Of a DNA stretch of 64,000 nucleotides, positions 39,038 through 50,199 are shown piece after piece. This DNA comes from Eledone cirrhosa (taxonomy: Eukaryota). Made by a program: the position numbers and the translations under genes. The notes beneath the pieces were generated by a model. The model ran no database searches. It worked only from the letters and a program-made list of their open reading frames with translations, and was not told the origin of the DNA. The DNA is taken from contig OZ024759.1 of the NCBI GenBank assembly GCA_964016885.1, positions 2,542,001 through 2,606,000 of the forward strand, given 5' to 3'. The stretch's first letter is position 1. Each line of letters begins with the position of its first letter.

Positions 39038-42000
39038 TAAACTTCTGTTTCACCCATGTTTCTCCCTCCTCACTATTAGAGGTAACAAAGAGGTTAAAGT
39101 TCTGTTTCACCCATGTTTCTACCTCCTCACTAGTTGAGGTAACAAAGAGGTTAAAGTTCTGTTTCACCCATGTTTCTACCTCCTCACTGGTTGAGGTAAC
39201 AAAGAGGTTAATGTTCTGATTCACCCATGTTTCTACCTCCTCACTATTTGAGGTAACAAAGAAGTTAAAGTTCTGTTTAACCCATGTTTCTCCCTCCTCA
39301 CTAGTTGAGGTAACAAAGAGCTTAGAGTTCTGTTTCACCCATGTTTCTACCTCCTCACTACTTGAGGTAACAAAGAGGTTAAAGTTCTGTTTCACCCATG
39401 GACCTAGCTCCTGACTAGTTGAGGTAACAAAGAGGTTAAAGTTCTGTTTCACCCATGTTTCTGCCTCCTCACTAGTTGAGGTAACAAAGAGGTTAAAGTT
39501 CTGTTTCACCCATGTTTCTCCCTCCTCACTAGTTGAGGTAACAAAGAGGTTAAAGTTCTGTTTCACCCATGTTTCTCCCTCCTCACTAGTTGAGGTAACA
39601 AAGAGGTTAAAGTTGTGTTTCACCCATGTTTCTACCTCCTCACTATTTGAGGTAACAAAGAGGTTAAAAGTTCTGTTTCACCCATGTTTCTCGCCCCACA
39701 CTAGTTGAGGTAACAAAGAGGTTAAAGTTCTGTTCCACCCATGTTTCTCCCCCCTCACTAGTTGAGGTAACAAAGAGGTTAAAGTTCAGTTTCACCCATG
39801 TTTCTCCCTCCTCACTACTTGAGGTAACAAAGAGTTTCAAGTTCTGTTTCGCCCATGTTTCTACCTCCTCACTATTTGAGGTAACAAAGGGGTTAAAGTT
39901 CAGTTTCACCCATGTTTCTACCCCCTCACTAGTTGAGGTAACAAAGGGGTTAAAGTTCTGTTTCACCCATGTTCCCCCTCCTCACTAGTTGAGGTTAAAG
40001 TTCTGTTTCCCCCATGTTTCTCGCTCCTCACTATTTGAGGTAACAAAGAGGTTAAAGTTCTGTTTCACCCATGTTTCTCCCTCCTCACTAGTTGACGTAA
40101 CAAAGAGGTTAGAGTTCTGTTTCACCCATGTTACTACCTCCTCACTAGTTGAGGTAACAAAGAGGTTAAAGTTCTGTTTCACCCATGTTTCTACCTTCCT
40201 CACTAGTTGAGGTAACAAAGAGGTTAAAGTTCTGTTTCACCCATGTTTCTACCTCCTCAATAGTTGAGGTAACAAAGAGGTTAAAATTCTGTTTCACCCA
40301 TGACTCTTCCTCCTCACTAGTTGAGGTAACAAAGAGGTTAAAGTTCTGTTTCACCCATGTTTCTCCCTCCTCATTAGTTCAGGTAACAAAGAGGTTAAAG
40401 TTCTGTTTCACCCATGTTCCTACCTCCTAACTAGTTGATGTAACAAAGAGTTTAAAGTTCAGTTTCACCCATGTTTCTACCTGCTCACTAGGTGAGGTAA
40501 CAAAGAGGTTAAAGTTCTGTTTCACCCATGGTTCTCCCTCCTCACTAGTTGAGGTAACAAAGAGGTTAAAGTTCTGTTTCACCCATGTTTCTACCTCCTC
40601 ACTAGTTGAGGTAACAAAGAGGTTAAAGTTCTGTTTCACCCATGTTTCTCCATCCTCACTACTTGAGGTAACAAAGAGGTTAAAGTTCTGTTTCACCCAT
40701 GTTTCTACCTCCTCACTAGTTGAGGTAACAAAGAGGTTAAAGTTCTGTTTCACCCAAGTTTCTCCCTCCTCACTAGTTGAGGTAACAAAGAGGTTAAAGT
40801 TCTGTTTCACCCATGTTTCTCACCCCTCACTAGTTGAGGTAACAAAGAGGTTAAAGTTCTGTTTCACCCATGTTTCTACCTCCTCACTAGTTGAGGTAAC
40901 AAAGAGGTTAAAGTTCTGTTTCACCCATGTTTCTCCCTCCTCATTAGTTGAGGTAACAAAGAGGTTAAAGTTCTGTTTCACCCATGTTTCTCCCTCCTCA
41001 CTATTGAGGTAACAAAGAGGTTAAAGTTCTGTTTCACACATGTTTCTCCCTCCTTACTAGTTGAGGTAACAATGAGGTTAAAGTTCTGTTTCACCCATGT
41101 TTCTCCTTCCTTACCATTTGAGGTAACAAAGAGGTTAAAGTTCTGTTTCACCCATGTTCTCCCTCCTCACTAGTTGAGGTAACAAAGAGATTAAAGTTCT
41201 GTTTCACCCCTGTTTCTACCTCCTCCCTAGTTGAGGTAACAAAGAGGCTAAAGTTCTGTTTCCCCCATGTTTCTCCCTCCTCACTATTTGAGGTAACAAA
41301 GAGGTCAAAGTTCTGTTTCACCCATGTTTCTCCTTCCTTACCATTTGAGGTAACAAAGAGGTTAAAGTTCTGTTTCACCCATGTTCTCCCTCCTCACTAG
41401 TTGAGGTAACAAAGAGGTTAGAGTTCTGTTTCACCCATGTTGCTACCTCCTCACTATTTGAGGTAACAAAAAGGTTAAAGTTCTGTTTCACCCATGTTTC
41501 TCTCTCCTCACTATTTGAGGTAACAAAGAGGTTAAAGTTCTGTTTCACCCATGGACCTAGCTCCTGACTAATTTAGGTAACAAAGAGGTTAAAGTTCTGT
41601 TTCACCCATGTTTCTACCTCCTCAATAGTTGAGGTAACAAAGAGGTTAAAGTTCTGTTTCACCCATGTTTCTACCTCCTCACTATTTGAGGTAACAAAGA
41701 GGTTGAAGTTCAGTTTCACCCATGTTTCTACCTTCCTCACTATTTGAGGTAACAAAGAGGTTAAAGTTCTGTTTCACCCATGTTTCTACCTCCTCACTAG
41801 TTGAGGTAACAAAGAGGTTAAAGTTCTGTTTCACCCATGTTTCTCCCTCCTCACTAGTTGAGGTAACAAAGAGGTTAAAGTTCTGTTTCACCCATGTTTC
41901 TCCCTCCTCACTAGTTGAGGTAACAAAGAGCTTAGAGTTCTGTTTCACCCATGTTTCTACCTCCTCACTATTTGAGGTAACAAAGAGGTTAAAGTTCTGT

Positions 42001-45000
42001 TTCACCCATGGACCTAGCTCCTGACTAGTTGAGGTAACAAAGAGGTTAATGTTCTGTTTCACCCATTTTTCTACCTCCTCAATAGTTGAGGTAACAAAGA
42101 GGTTAAAGTTGTGTTTCACCCATGTTTCTACCTCCTCACTATTTGAGGTAACAAAGAGGTTAAAAGTTCTGTTTCACCCATGTTTCTCCCTCCTCGCTAA
42201 TGAGGTAACAAAGAGGTTAAAGTTCTGTTCCACCCATGTTTCTCCCCCCTCACTAGTTGAGGTAACAAAGAGGTTAAAGTTCAGTTTCACCCATGTTTCT
42301 CCCTCCTCACTAGTTGAAGTAACAAAGGGGTTAAAGTTCTGTTTCACCCATGTTCCCCCTCCTAACTAGTTGAGGTAACAAATAGGTTAAAGTTCTGTTT
42401 CACCCATGTTTCTACCTCCTCACTAGTTGAGGTAACAAAGAGGCTAAAGTTCTGTTTCACCCATGTTTCTACCTCCTCACTAGTTGAGGTAACAAAGAGG
42501 TTAAAGTTCTGTTTCACCCATGTTTCTACCTCCTAACTAGTTGAGGTAACAAAGAGTTTAAAGTTCAGTTTCACCCATGTTTCTACCTGCTCACTAGGTG
42601 AGGTAACAAAGAGGTTAAAGTTCTGTTTCACCCATGGTTCTCCCTCCTCACTAGTTGAGGTAACAAAGAGGTTAAAGTTCTGTTTCACCCATGTTTCTAC
42701 CTCCTCACTAGTTGAGGTAACAAAGAGGTTAAAGTTCTGTTTCACCCATGTTTCTCCATCCTCACTACTTGAGGTAACCAAGAGGTTAAAGTTCTATTTT
42801 ACCCATGTTTCTCCTTCCTTACTACTTGAGGTAACAAAGAGGTTAAAATTCTGTTTCATCCATGTATCTCCCTCTTTACTAGTTGAGGTAACAAAGAGGT
42901 TAAAGTTCTGTTTCACCCATGTTTCTCCCTCCTCACTAGTCGAGGTAACAAAGAGGTTAAAGTTCTGTTTCACCCATGTTTCTACCTCCTCACTAGTTGA
43001 GGTAACAAAGAGGTTAAAGTTCTGTTTCACCCATGTTTCTCCCTCCTCATTAGTTGAGGTAACAAAGAAGTTAAAGTTCTGTTTCACCCATGTTTCTATC
43101 TCCTCACTAGTTGAGGTAACAAAGAGGTTAAAGTTCTGTTTCACCCATGTTTCTCCCTCCTCACTAGTTGAGGTAACACAGAGGTTGAAGTTCTGTTTCA
43201 CCCATGTTTCTACCTTCCTCACTATTTGAGGTAACAAAGAGGTTAAAGTTCTGTTTCACCCATGTTTCTACCTCCTCACTAGTTGAGGTAACAAAGAGGT
43301 TAGAGTTCTGTTTCACCCAAGTTTCTCCCTCCTCACTAGTTGAGGTAACAAAGAGGTTAAAGTTCTGTTTCACCCATGTTTCTCACCCCTCACTAGTTGA
43401 GGTAACAAAGAGGTTAAAGTTCTGTTTCACCCATGTTTCTACCTCCTCACTAGTTGAGGTAACAAAGAGGTTAAAGTTCTGTTTCACCCATGTTTCTCCC
43501 TCCTCATTAGTTGAGGTAACAAAGAGGTTAAAGTTCTGTTTCACCCATGGACCTAGCTCCTGACTAGTTGAGGTAACAAAGAGGTTAAAGTTCTGTTTCA
43601 CCCATGTTTCTCCCTCCTCACTAGTTGAGGTAACAAAGAGGTTAAAGTTCTGTTTCACCCATGTTTCTCCCTCCTCACTAGTTGAGGTAACAAAGAGGTT
43701 AAAGTTCTGTTTCACCCATGTTTCTCCCTCCTCACTAGTTGAGGTAACAAAGAGGTTAAAGTTGTGTTTCACCCATGTTTCTACCTCCTCACTATTTGAG
43801 GTAACAAAGAGGTTAAAAGTTCTGTTTCACCCATGTTTCTCGCCCCACACTAGTTGAGGTAACAAAGAGGTTAAAGTTCTGTTCCACCCATGTTTCTCCC
43901 CCCTCACTAGTTGAGGTAACAAAGAGGTTAAAGTTCTGTTCCACCCATGTTTCTCCCCCCTCACTACTTGAGGTAACAAAGAGTTTCAAGTTCTGTTTCG
44001 CCCATGTTTCTACCTCCTCACTATTTGAGGTAACAAAGGGGTTAAAGTTCAGTTTCACCCATGTTTCTACCCCCTCACTAGTTGAGGTAACAAAGGGGTT
44101 AAAGTTCTGTTTCACCCATGTTCCCCCTCCTCACTAGTTGAGGTTAAAGTTCTGTTTCCCCCATGTTTCTCGCTCCTCACTATTTGAGGTAACAAAGAGG
44201 TTAAAGTTCTGTTTCACCCATGTTTCTCCCTCCTCACTAGTTGACGTAACAAAGAGGTTAGAGTTCTGTTTCACCCATGTTACTACCTTCCTCACTAGTT
44301 GAGGTAACAAAGAGGTTAAAGTTCTGTTTCACCCATGTTTCTACCTCCTCAATAGTTGAGGTAACAAAGAGGTTAAAATTCTGTTTCACCCATGACTCTT
44401 CCTCCTCACTAGTTGAGGTAACAAAGAGGTTAAAGTTCTGTTTCACCCATGTTTCTCCCTCCTCATTAGTTCAGGTAACAAAGAGGTTAAAGTTCTGTTT
44501 CACCCATGTTCCTACCTCCTAACTAGTTGATGTAACAAAGAGTTTAAAGTTCAGTTTCACCCATGTTTCTACCTGCTCACTAGGTGAGGTAACAAAGAGG
44601 TTAAAGTTCTGTTTCACCCATGGTTCTCCCTCCTCACTAGTTGAGGTAACAAAGAGGTTAAAGTTCTGTTTCACCCATGTTTCTACCTCCTCACTAGTTG
44701 AGGTAACAAAGAGGTTAAAGTTCTGTTTCACCCATGTTTCTCCATCCTCACTACTTGAGGTAACAAAGAGGTTAAAGTTCTGTTTCACCCATGTTTCTAC
44801 CTCCTCACTAGTTGAGGTAAAAAAGAGGTTAAAGTTCTGTTTCACCCAAGTTTCTCCCTCCTCACTAGTTGAGGTAACAAAGAGGTTAAAGTTCTGTTTC
44901 ACCCATGTTTCTCACCCCTCACTAGTTGAGGTAACAAAGAGGTTAAAGTTCTGTTTCACCCATGTTTCTACCTCCTCACTAGTTGAGGTAACAAAGAGGT

Positions 45001-47900
45001 TAAAGTTCTGTTTCACCCATGTTTCTCCCTCCTCATTAGTTGAGGTAACAAAGAGGTTAAAGTTCTGTTTCACCCATGTTTCTCCCTCCTCACTATTGAG
45101 GTAACAAAGAGGTTAAAGTTCTGTTTCACACATGTTTCTCCCTCCTTACTAGTTGAGGTAACAATGAGGTTAAAGTTCTGTTTCACCCATGTTTCTCCTT
45201 CCTTACCATTTGAGGTAACAAAGAGGTTAAAGTTCTGTTTCACCCATGTTCTCCCTCCTCACTAGTTGAGGTAACAAAGAGATTAAAGTTCTGTTTCACC
45301 CCTGTTTCTACCTCCTCCCTAGTTGAGGTAACAAAGAGGCTAAAGTTCTGTTTCCCCCATGTTTCTCCCTCCTCACTATTTGAGGTAACAAAGAGGTCAA
45401 AGTTCTGTTTCACCCATGTTTCTCCTTCCTTACCATTTGAGGTAACAAAGAGGTTAAAGTTCTGTTTCACCCATGTTCTCCCTCCTCACTAGTTGAGGTA
45501 ACAAAGAGGTTAGAGTTCTGTTTCACCCATGTTGCTACCTCCTCACTATTTGAGGTAACAAAAAGGTTAAAGTTCTGTTTCACCCATGTTTCTCTCTCCT
45601 CACTATTTGAGGTAACAAAGAGGTTAAAGTTCTGTTTCACCCATGGACCTAGCTCCTGACTAATTTAGGTAACAAAGAGGTTAAAGTTCTGTTTCACCCA
45701 TGTTTCTACCTCCTCAATAGTTGAGGTAACAAAGAGGTTAAAGTTCTGTTTCACCCATGTTTCTACCTCCTCACTATTTGAGGTAACAAAGAGGTTGAAG
45801 TTCTGTTTCACCCATGTTTCTACCTTCCTCACTATTTGAGGTAACAAAGAGGTTAAAGTTCTGTTTCACCCATGTTTCTACCTCCTCACTAGTTGAGGTA
45901 ACAAAGAGGTTAAAGTTCTGTTTCACCCATGTTTCTCCCTCCTCACTAGTTGAGGTAACAAAGAGGTTAAAGTTCTGTTTCACCCATGTTTCTCCCTCCT
46001 CACTAGTTGAGGTAACAAAGAGCTTAGAGTTCTGTTTCACCCATGTTTCTACCTCCTCACTATTTGAGGTAACAAAGAGGTTAAAGTTCTGTTTCACCCA
46101 TGGACCTAGCTCCTGACTAGTTGAGGTAACAAAGAGGTTAATGTTCTGTTTCACCCATTTTTCTACCTCCTCAATAGTTGAGGTAACAAAGAGGTTAAAG
46201 TTGTGTTTCACCCATGTTTCTACCTCCTCACTATTTGAGGTAACAAAGAGGTTAAAAGTTCTGTTTCACCCATGTTTCTCCCTCCTCGCTAATGAGGTAA
46301 CAAAGAGGTTAAAGTTCTGTTTCACCCATGTTTCTCGCCCCACACTAGTTGAGGTAACAAAGAGGTTAAAGTTCTGTTCCACCCATGTTTCTCCCCCCTC
46401 ACTAGTTGAGGTAACAAAGAGGTTAAAGTTCAGTTTCACCCATGTTTCTCCCTCCTCACTACTTGAGGTAACAAAGAGGTTAAAGTTCTGTTTCGCCCAT
46501 GTTTCTACCTCCTCACTATTTGAGGTAACAAAGGGGTTAAAGTTCAGTTTCACCCATGTTTCTACCCCCTCACTAGTTGAGGTAACAAAGGGGTTAAAGT
46601 TCTGTTTCACCCATGTTCCCCCTCCTCACTAGTTGAGGTAACAAATAGGTTAAAGTTCTGTTTCACCCATGTTTCTACCTCCTCACTAGTTGAGGTAACA
46701 AAGAGGCTAAAGTTCTGTTTCACCCATGTTTCTACCTCCTCACTAGTTGAGGTAACAAATAGGTTAAAGTTCTGTTTCACCCATGTTTCTCCCTCCTCAC
46801 TAGTTGAGGTAACAAAGAGGTTAGAGTTCTGTTTCACCCATGTTTCTACCTCCTCACTAGTTGAGGTAACAAAGAGGTTAGAGTTCTGTTTCACCCATGT
46901 TCCTACCTCCTAACTAGTTGAGGTAACAAAGAGTTTAAAGTTCAGTTTCACCCATGTTTCTACCTGCTCACTAGGTGAGGTAACAAAGAGGTTAAAGTTC
47001 TGTTTCACCCATGGTTCTCCCTCCTCACTAGTTGAGGTAACAAAGAGGTTAAAGTTCTGTTTCACCCATGTTTCTACCTCCTCACTAGTTGAGGTAACAA
47101 AGAGGTTAAAGTTCTGTTTCACCCATGTTTCTCCATCCTCACTACTTGAGGTAACCAAGAGGTTAAAGTTCTATTTTACCCATGTTTCTCCTTCCTTACT
47201 ACTTGAGGTAACAAAGAGGTTAAAATTCTGTTTCATCCATGTATCTCCCTCTTTACTAGTTGAGGTAACAAAGAGGTTAAAGTTCTGTTTCACCCATGTT
47301 TCTCCCTCCTCACTAGTCGAGGTAACAAAGAGGTTAAAGTTCTGTTTCACCCATGTTTCTACCTCCTCACTAGTTGAGGTAACAAAGAGGTTAAAGTTCT
47401 GTTTCACCCATGTTTCTCCCTCCTCATTAGTTGAGGTAACAAAGAAGTTAAAGTTCTGTTTCACCCATGTTTCTATCTCCTCACTAGTTGAGGTAACAAA
47501 GAGGTTAAAGTTCTGTTTCACCCATGTTTCTCCCTCCTCACTAGTTGAGGTAACACAGAGGTTGAAGTTCTGTTTCACCCATGTTTCTACCTTCCTCACT
47601 ATTTGAGGTAACAAAGAGGTTAAAGTTCTGTTTCACCCATGTTTCTACCTCCTCACTAGTTGAGGTAACAAAGAGGTTAGAGTTCTGTTTCACCCAAGTT
47701 TCTCCCTCCTCACTAGTTGAGGTAACAAAGAGGTTAAAGTTCTGTTTCACCCATGTTTCTCACCCCTCACTAGTTGAGGTAACAAAGAGGTTAAAGTTCT
47801 GTTTCACCCATGTTTCTACCTCCTCACTAGTTGAGGTAACAAAGAGGTTAAAGTTCTGTTTCACCCATGTTTCTCCCTCCTCATTAGTTGAGGTAACAAA
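38200..47900. repeat. About 9.7-kb copy collinear with about 20.5-30.9 kb, differing by whole-monomer indels
   Basis: Offsets step 17679 (20824/38503 to 24370/42049), 17508, 17451, 16880 and 16994, i.e. changes of -3, -1, -10 and +2 monomers. Confidence 0.8.
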
Positions 47901-50190
47901 GAGGTTAAAGTTCTGTTTCACCCATGTTTCTCCCTCCTCACTATTGAGGTAACAAAGAGGTTAAAGTTCTGTTTCACACATGTTTCTCCCTCCTTACTAG
48001 TTGAGGTAACAATGAGGTTAAAGTTCTGTTTCACCCATGTTTCTACCCCTTACAAGTTGAGGTAACAATGAGATTAAAGTTCTGTTTCACCCATGGTTCT
48101 CCCTCCTCACTAGTTGAGGTAACAAAGAGGTTAAAGTTCTGTTTTACCCATGTTTCTACCTCCTCACTAGTTGAGGTAACAAAGAGGTTAAAGTTCTGTT
48201 TCACCCATGTTTCTCCATCCTCACTACTTGAGGTAACCAAGAGGTTAAAGTTCTATTTTACCCATGTTTCTCCTTCCTTACTACTTGAGGTAACAAAGAG
48301 GTTAAAGTTCTGTTTCATCCATGTATCTCCCTCTTTACTAGTTGAGGTAACAAAGAGGTTAAAGTTCTGTTTCACCCATGTTTCTCCCTCCTCACTAGTC
48401 GAGGTAACAAAGAGGTTAAAGTTCTGTTTCACCCATGTTTCTATCTCCTCACTAGTTGAGGTAACAAAGAGGTTAAAGTTCTGTTTCACCCATGTTTCTC
48501 CCTCCTCACTAGTTGAGGTAACACAGAGGTTGAAGTTCTGTTTCACCCATGTTTCTACCTTCCTCACTATTTGAGGTAACAAAGAGGTTAAAGTTCTGTT
48601 TCACCCATGTTTCTACCTCCTCACTAGTTGAGGTAACAAAGAGGTTAGAGTTCTGTTTCACCCAAGTTTCTCCCTCCTCACTAGTTGAGGTAACAAAGAG
48701 GTTAAAGTTCTGTTTCACCCATGTTTCTCACCCCTCACTAGTTGAGGTAACAAAGAGGTTAAAGTTCTGTTTCACCCATGTTTCTACCTCCTCACTAGTT
48801 GAGGTAACAAAGAGGTTAAAGTTCTGTTTCACCCATGTTTCTCCCTCCTCATTAGTTGAGGTAACAAAGAGGTTAAAGTTCTGTTTCACCCATGTTTCTC
48901 CCTCCTCACTATTGAGGTAACAAAGAGGTTAAAGTTCTGTTTCACACATGTTTCTCCCTCCTTACTAGTTGAGGTAACAATGAGGTTAAAGTTCTGTTTC
49001 ACCCATGTTTCTACCCCTTACAAGTTGAGGTAACAATGAGATTAAAGTTCTGTTTCACCCCTGTTTCTACCTCCTCCCTAGTTGAGGTAACAAAGAGGTT
49101 AAAGTTCTGTTTCCCCCATGTTTCTCCCTCCTCACTATTTGAGGTAACAAATAGGTTAAAGTTCTGTTTCAGCCATGTTTCTCCCCCCTCACTAGTTTAG
49201 GTAACAAAGAGGTTAAAGTTCTGTTTCACCCACGTTTCTCCCTCCTCACTAGTTGAGGTAACAAAGAGGTTGAAGTTCTGTTTCACCCATGTTTCTACCT
49301 TCCTCACTATTTGAGGTAACAAAGAGGTTAAAGTTCTGTTTCACCCATGTTTCTACCTCCTCACTAGTTGAGGTAACAAAGAGGTTAAAGTTCTGTTTCA
49401 CCCATGTTTCTCCCTCCTCACTAGTTGAGTTAACAAAGAGGTTAAAGTTCTGTTTCACCCATGTTTCTCCCTCCTCACTAGTTGAGGTAACAAAGAGGTT
49501 AAAGTTCTGTTTCACCCATGTTTCTCCCTCCTCACTAGTTGAGGTAACAAAGAGGTCAAAGTTCTGTTTCACCCATGTTTCTCCTTCCTTACCATTTGAG
49601 GTAACAAAGAGGTTAAAATTCTGTTTCACCCATGTTTTCCCTCCTCACTAGTTGAGGTAACAAAAGGTTAGAGTTCTGTTTCACCCATGTTGCTATCTCC
49701 TCACTATTTGAGGTAACAAAAAGGTTAAAGTTCTGTTTCACCCATGTTTCTCTCTCCTCACTATTTGAGGTAACAAAGAGGTTAAACTTCTGTTTCACCC
49801 ATGTTTCTCCCTCCTCACTATTAGAGGTATCAAAGAGGTTAAAGTTCTGTTTCACCCATGTTTCTACCTCCTCACTAGTTGAGGTAACAAAGAGGTTAAA
49901 GTTCTGTTTCACCCATGTTTCTACCTCCTCACTGGTTGAGGTAACAAAGAGGTTAATGTTCTGATTCACCCATGTTTCTACCTCCTCACTATTTGAGGTA
50001 ACAAAGAAGTTAAAGTTCTGTTTAACCCATGTTTCTCCCTCCTCACTAGTTGAGGTAACAAAGAGCTTAGAGTTCTGTTTCACCCATGTTTCTACCTCCT
50101 CACTACTTGAGGTAACAAAGAGGTTAAAGTTCTGTTTCACCCATGGACCTAGCTCCTGACTAGTTGAGGTAACAAAGAGGTTAAAGTTCT
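43810..50190. repeat. About 6.4-kb copy of about 33120-39440 (period about 10.7 kb)
   Basis: Offsets are 10632 (33887/44519, 35142/45774) and 10746 (36164/46910, 37297/48043, 38503/49249). Confidence 0.82.
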
Positions 50191-50199
50191 GTTTCACCC

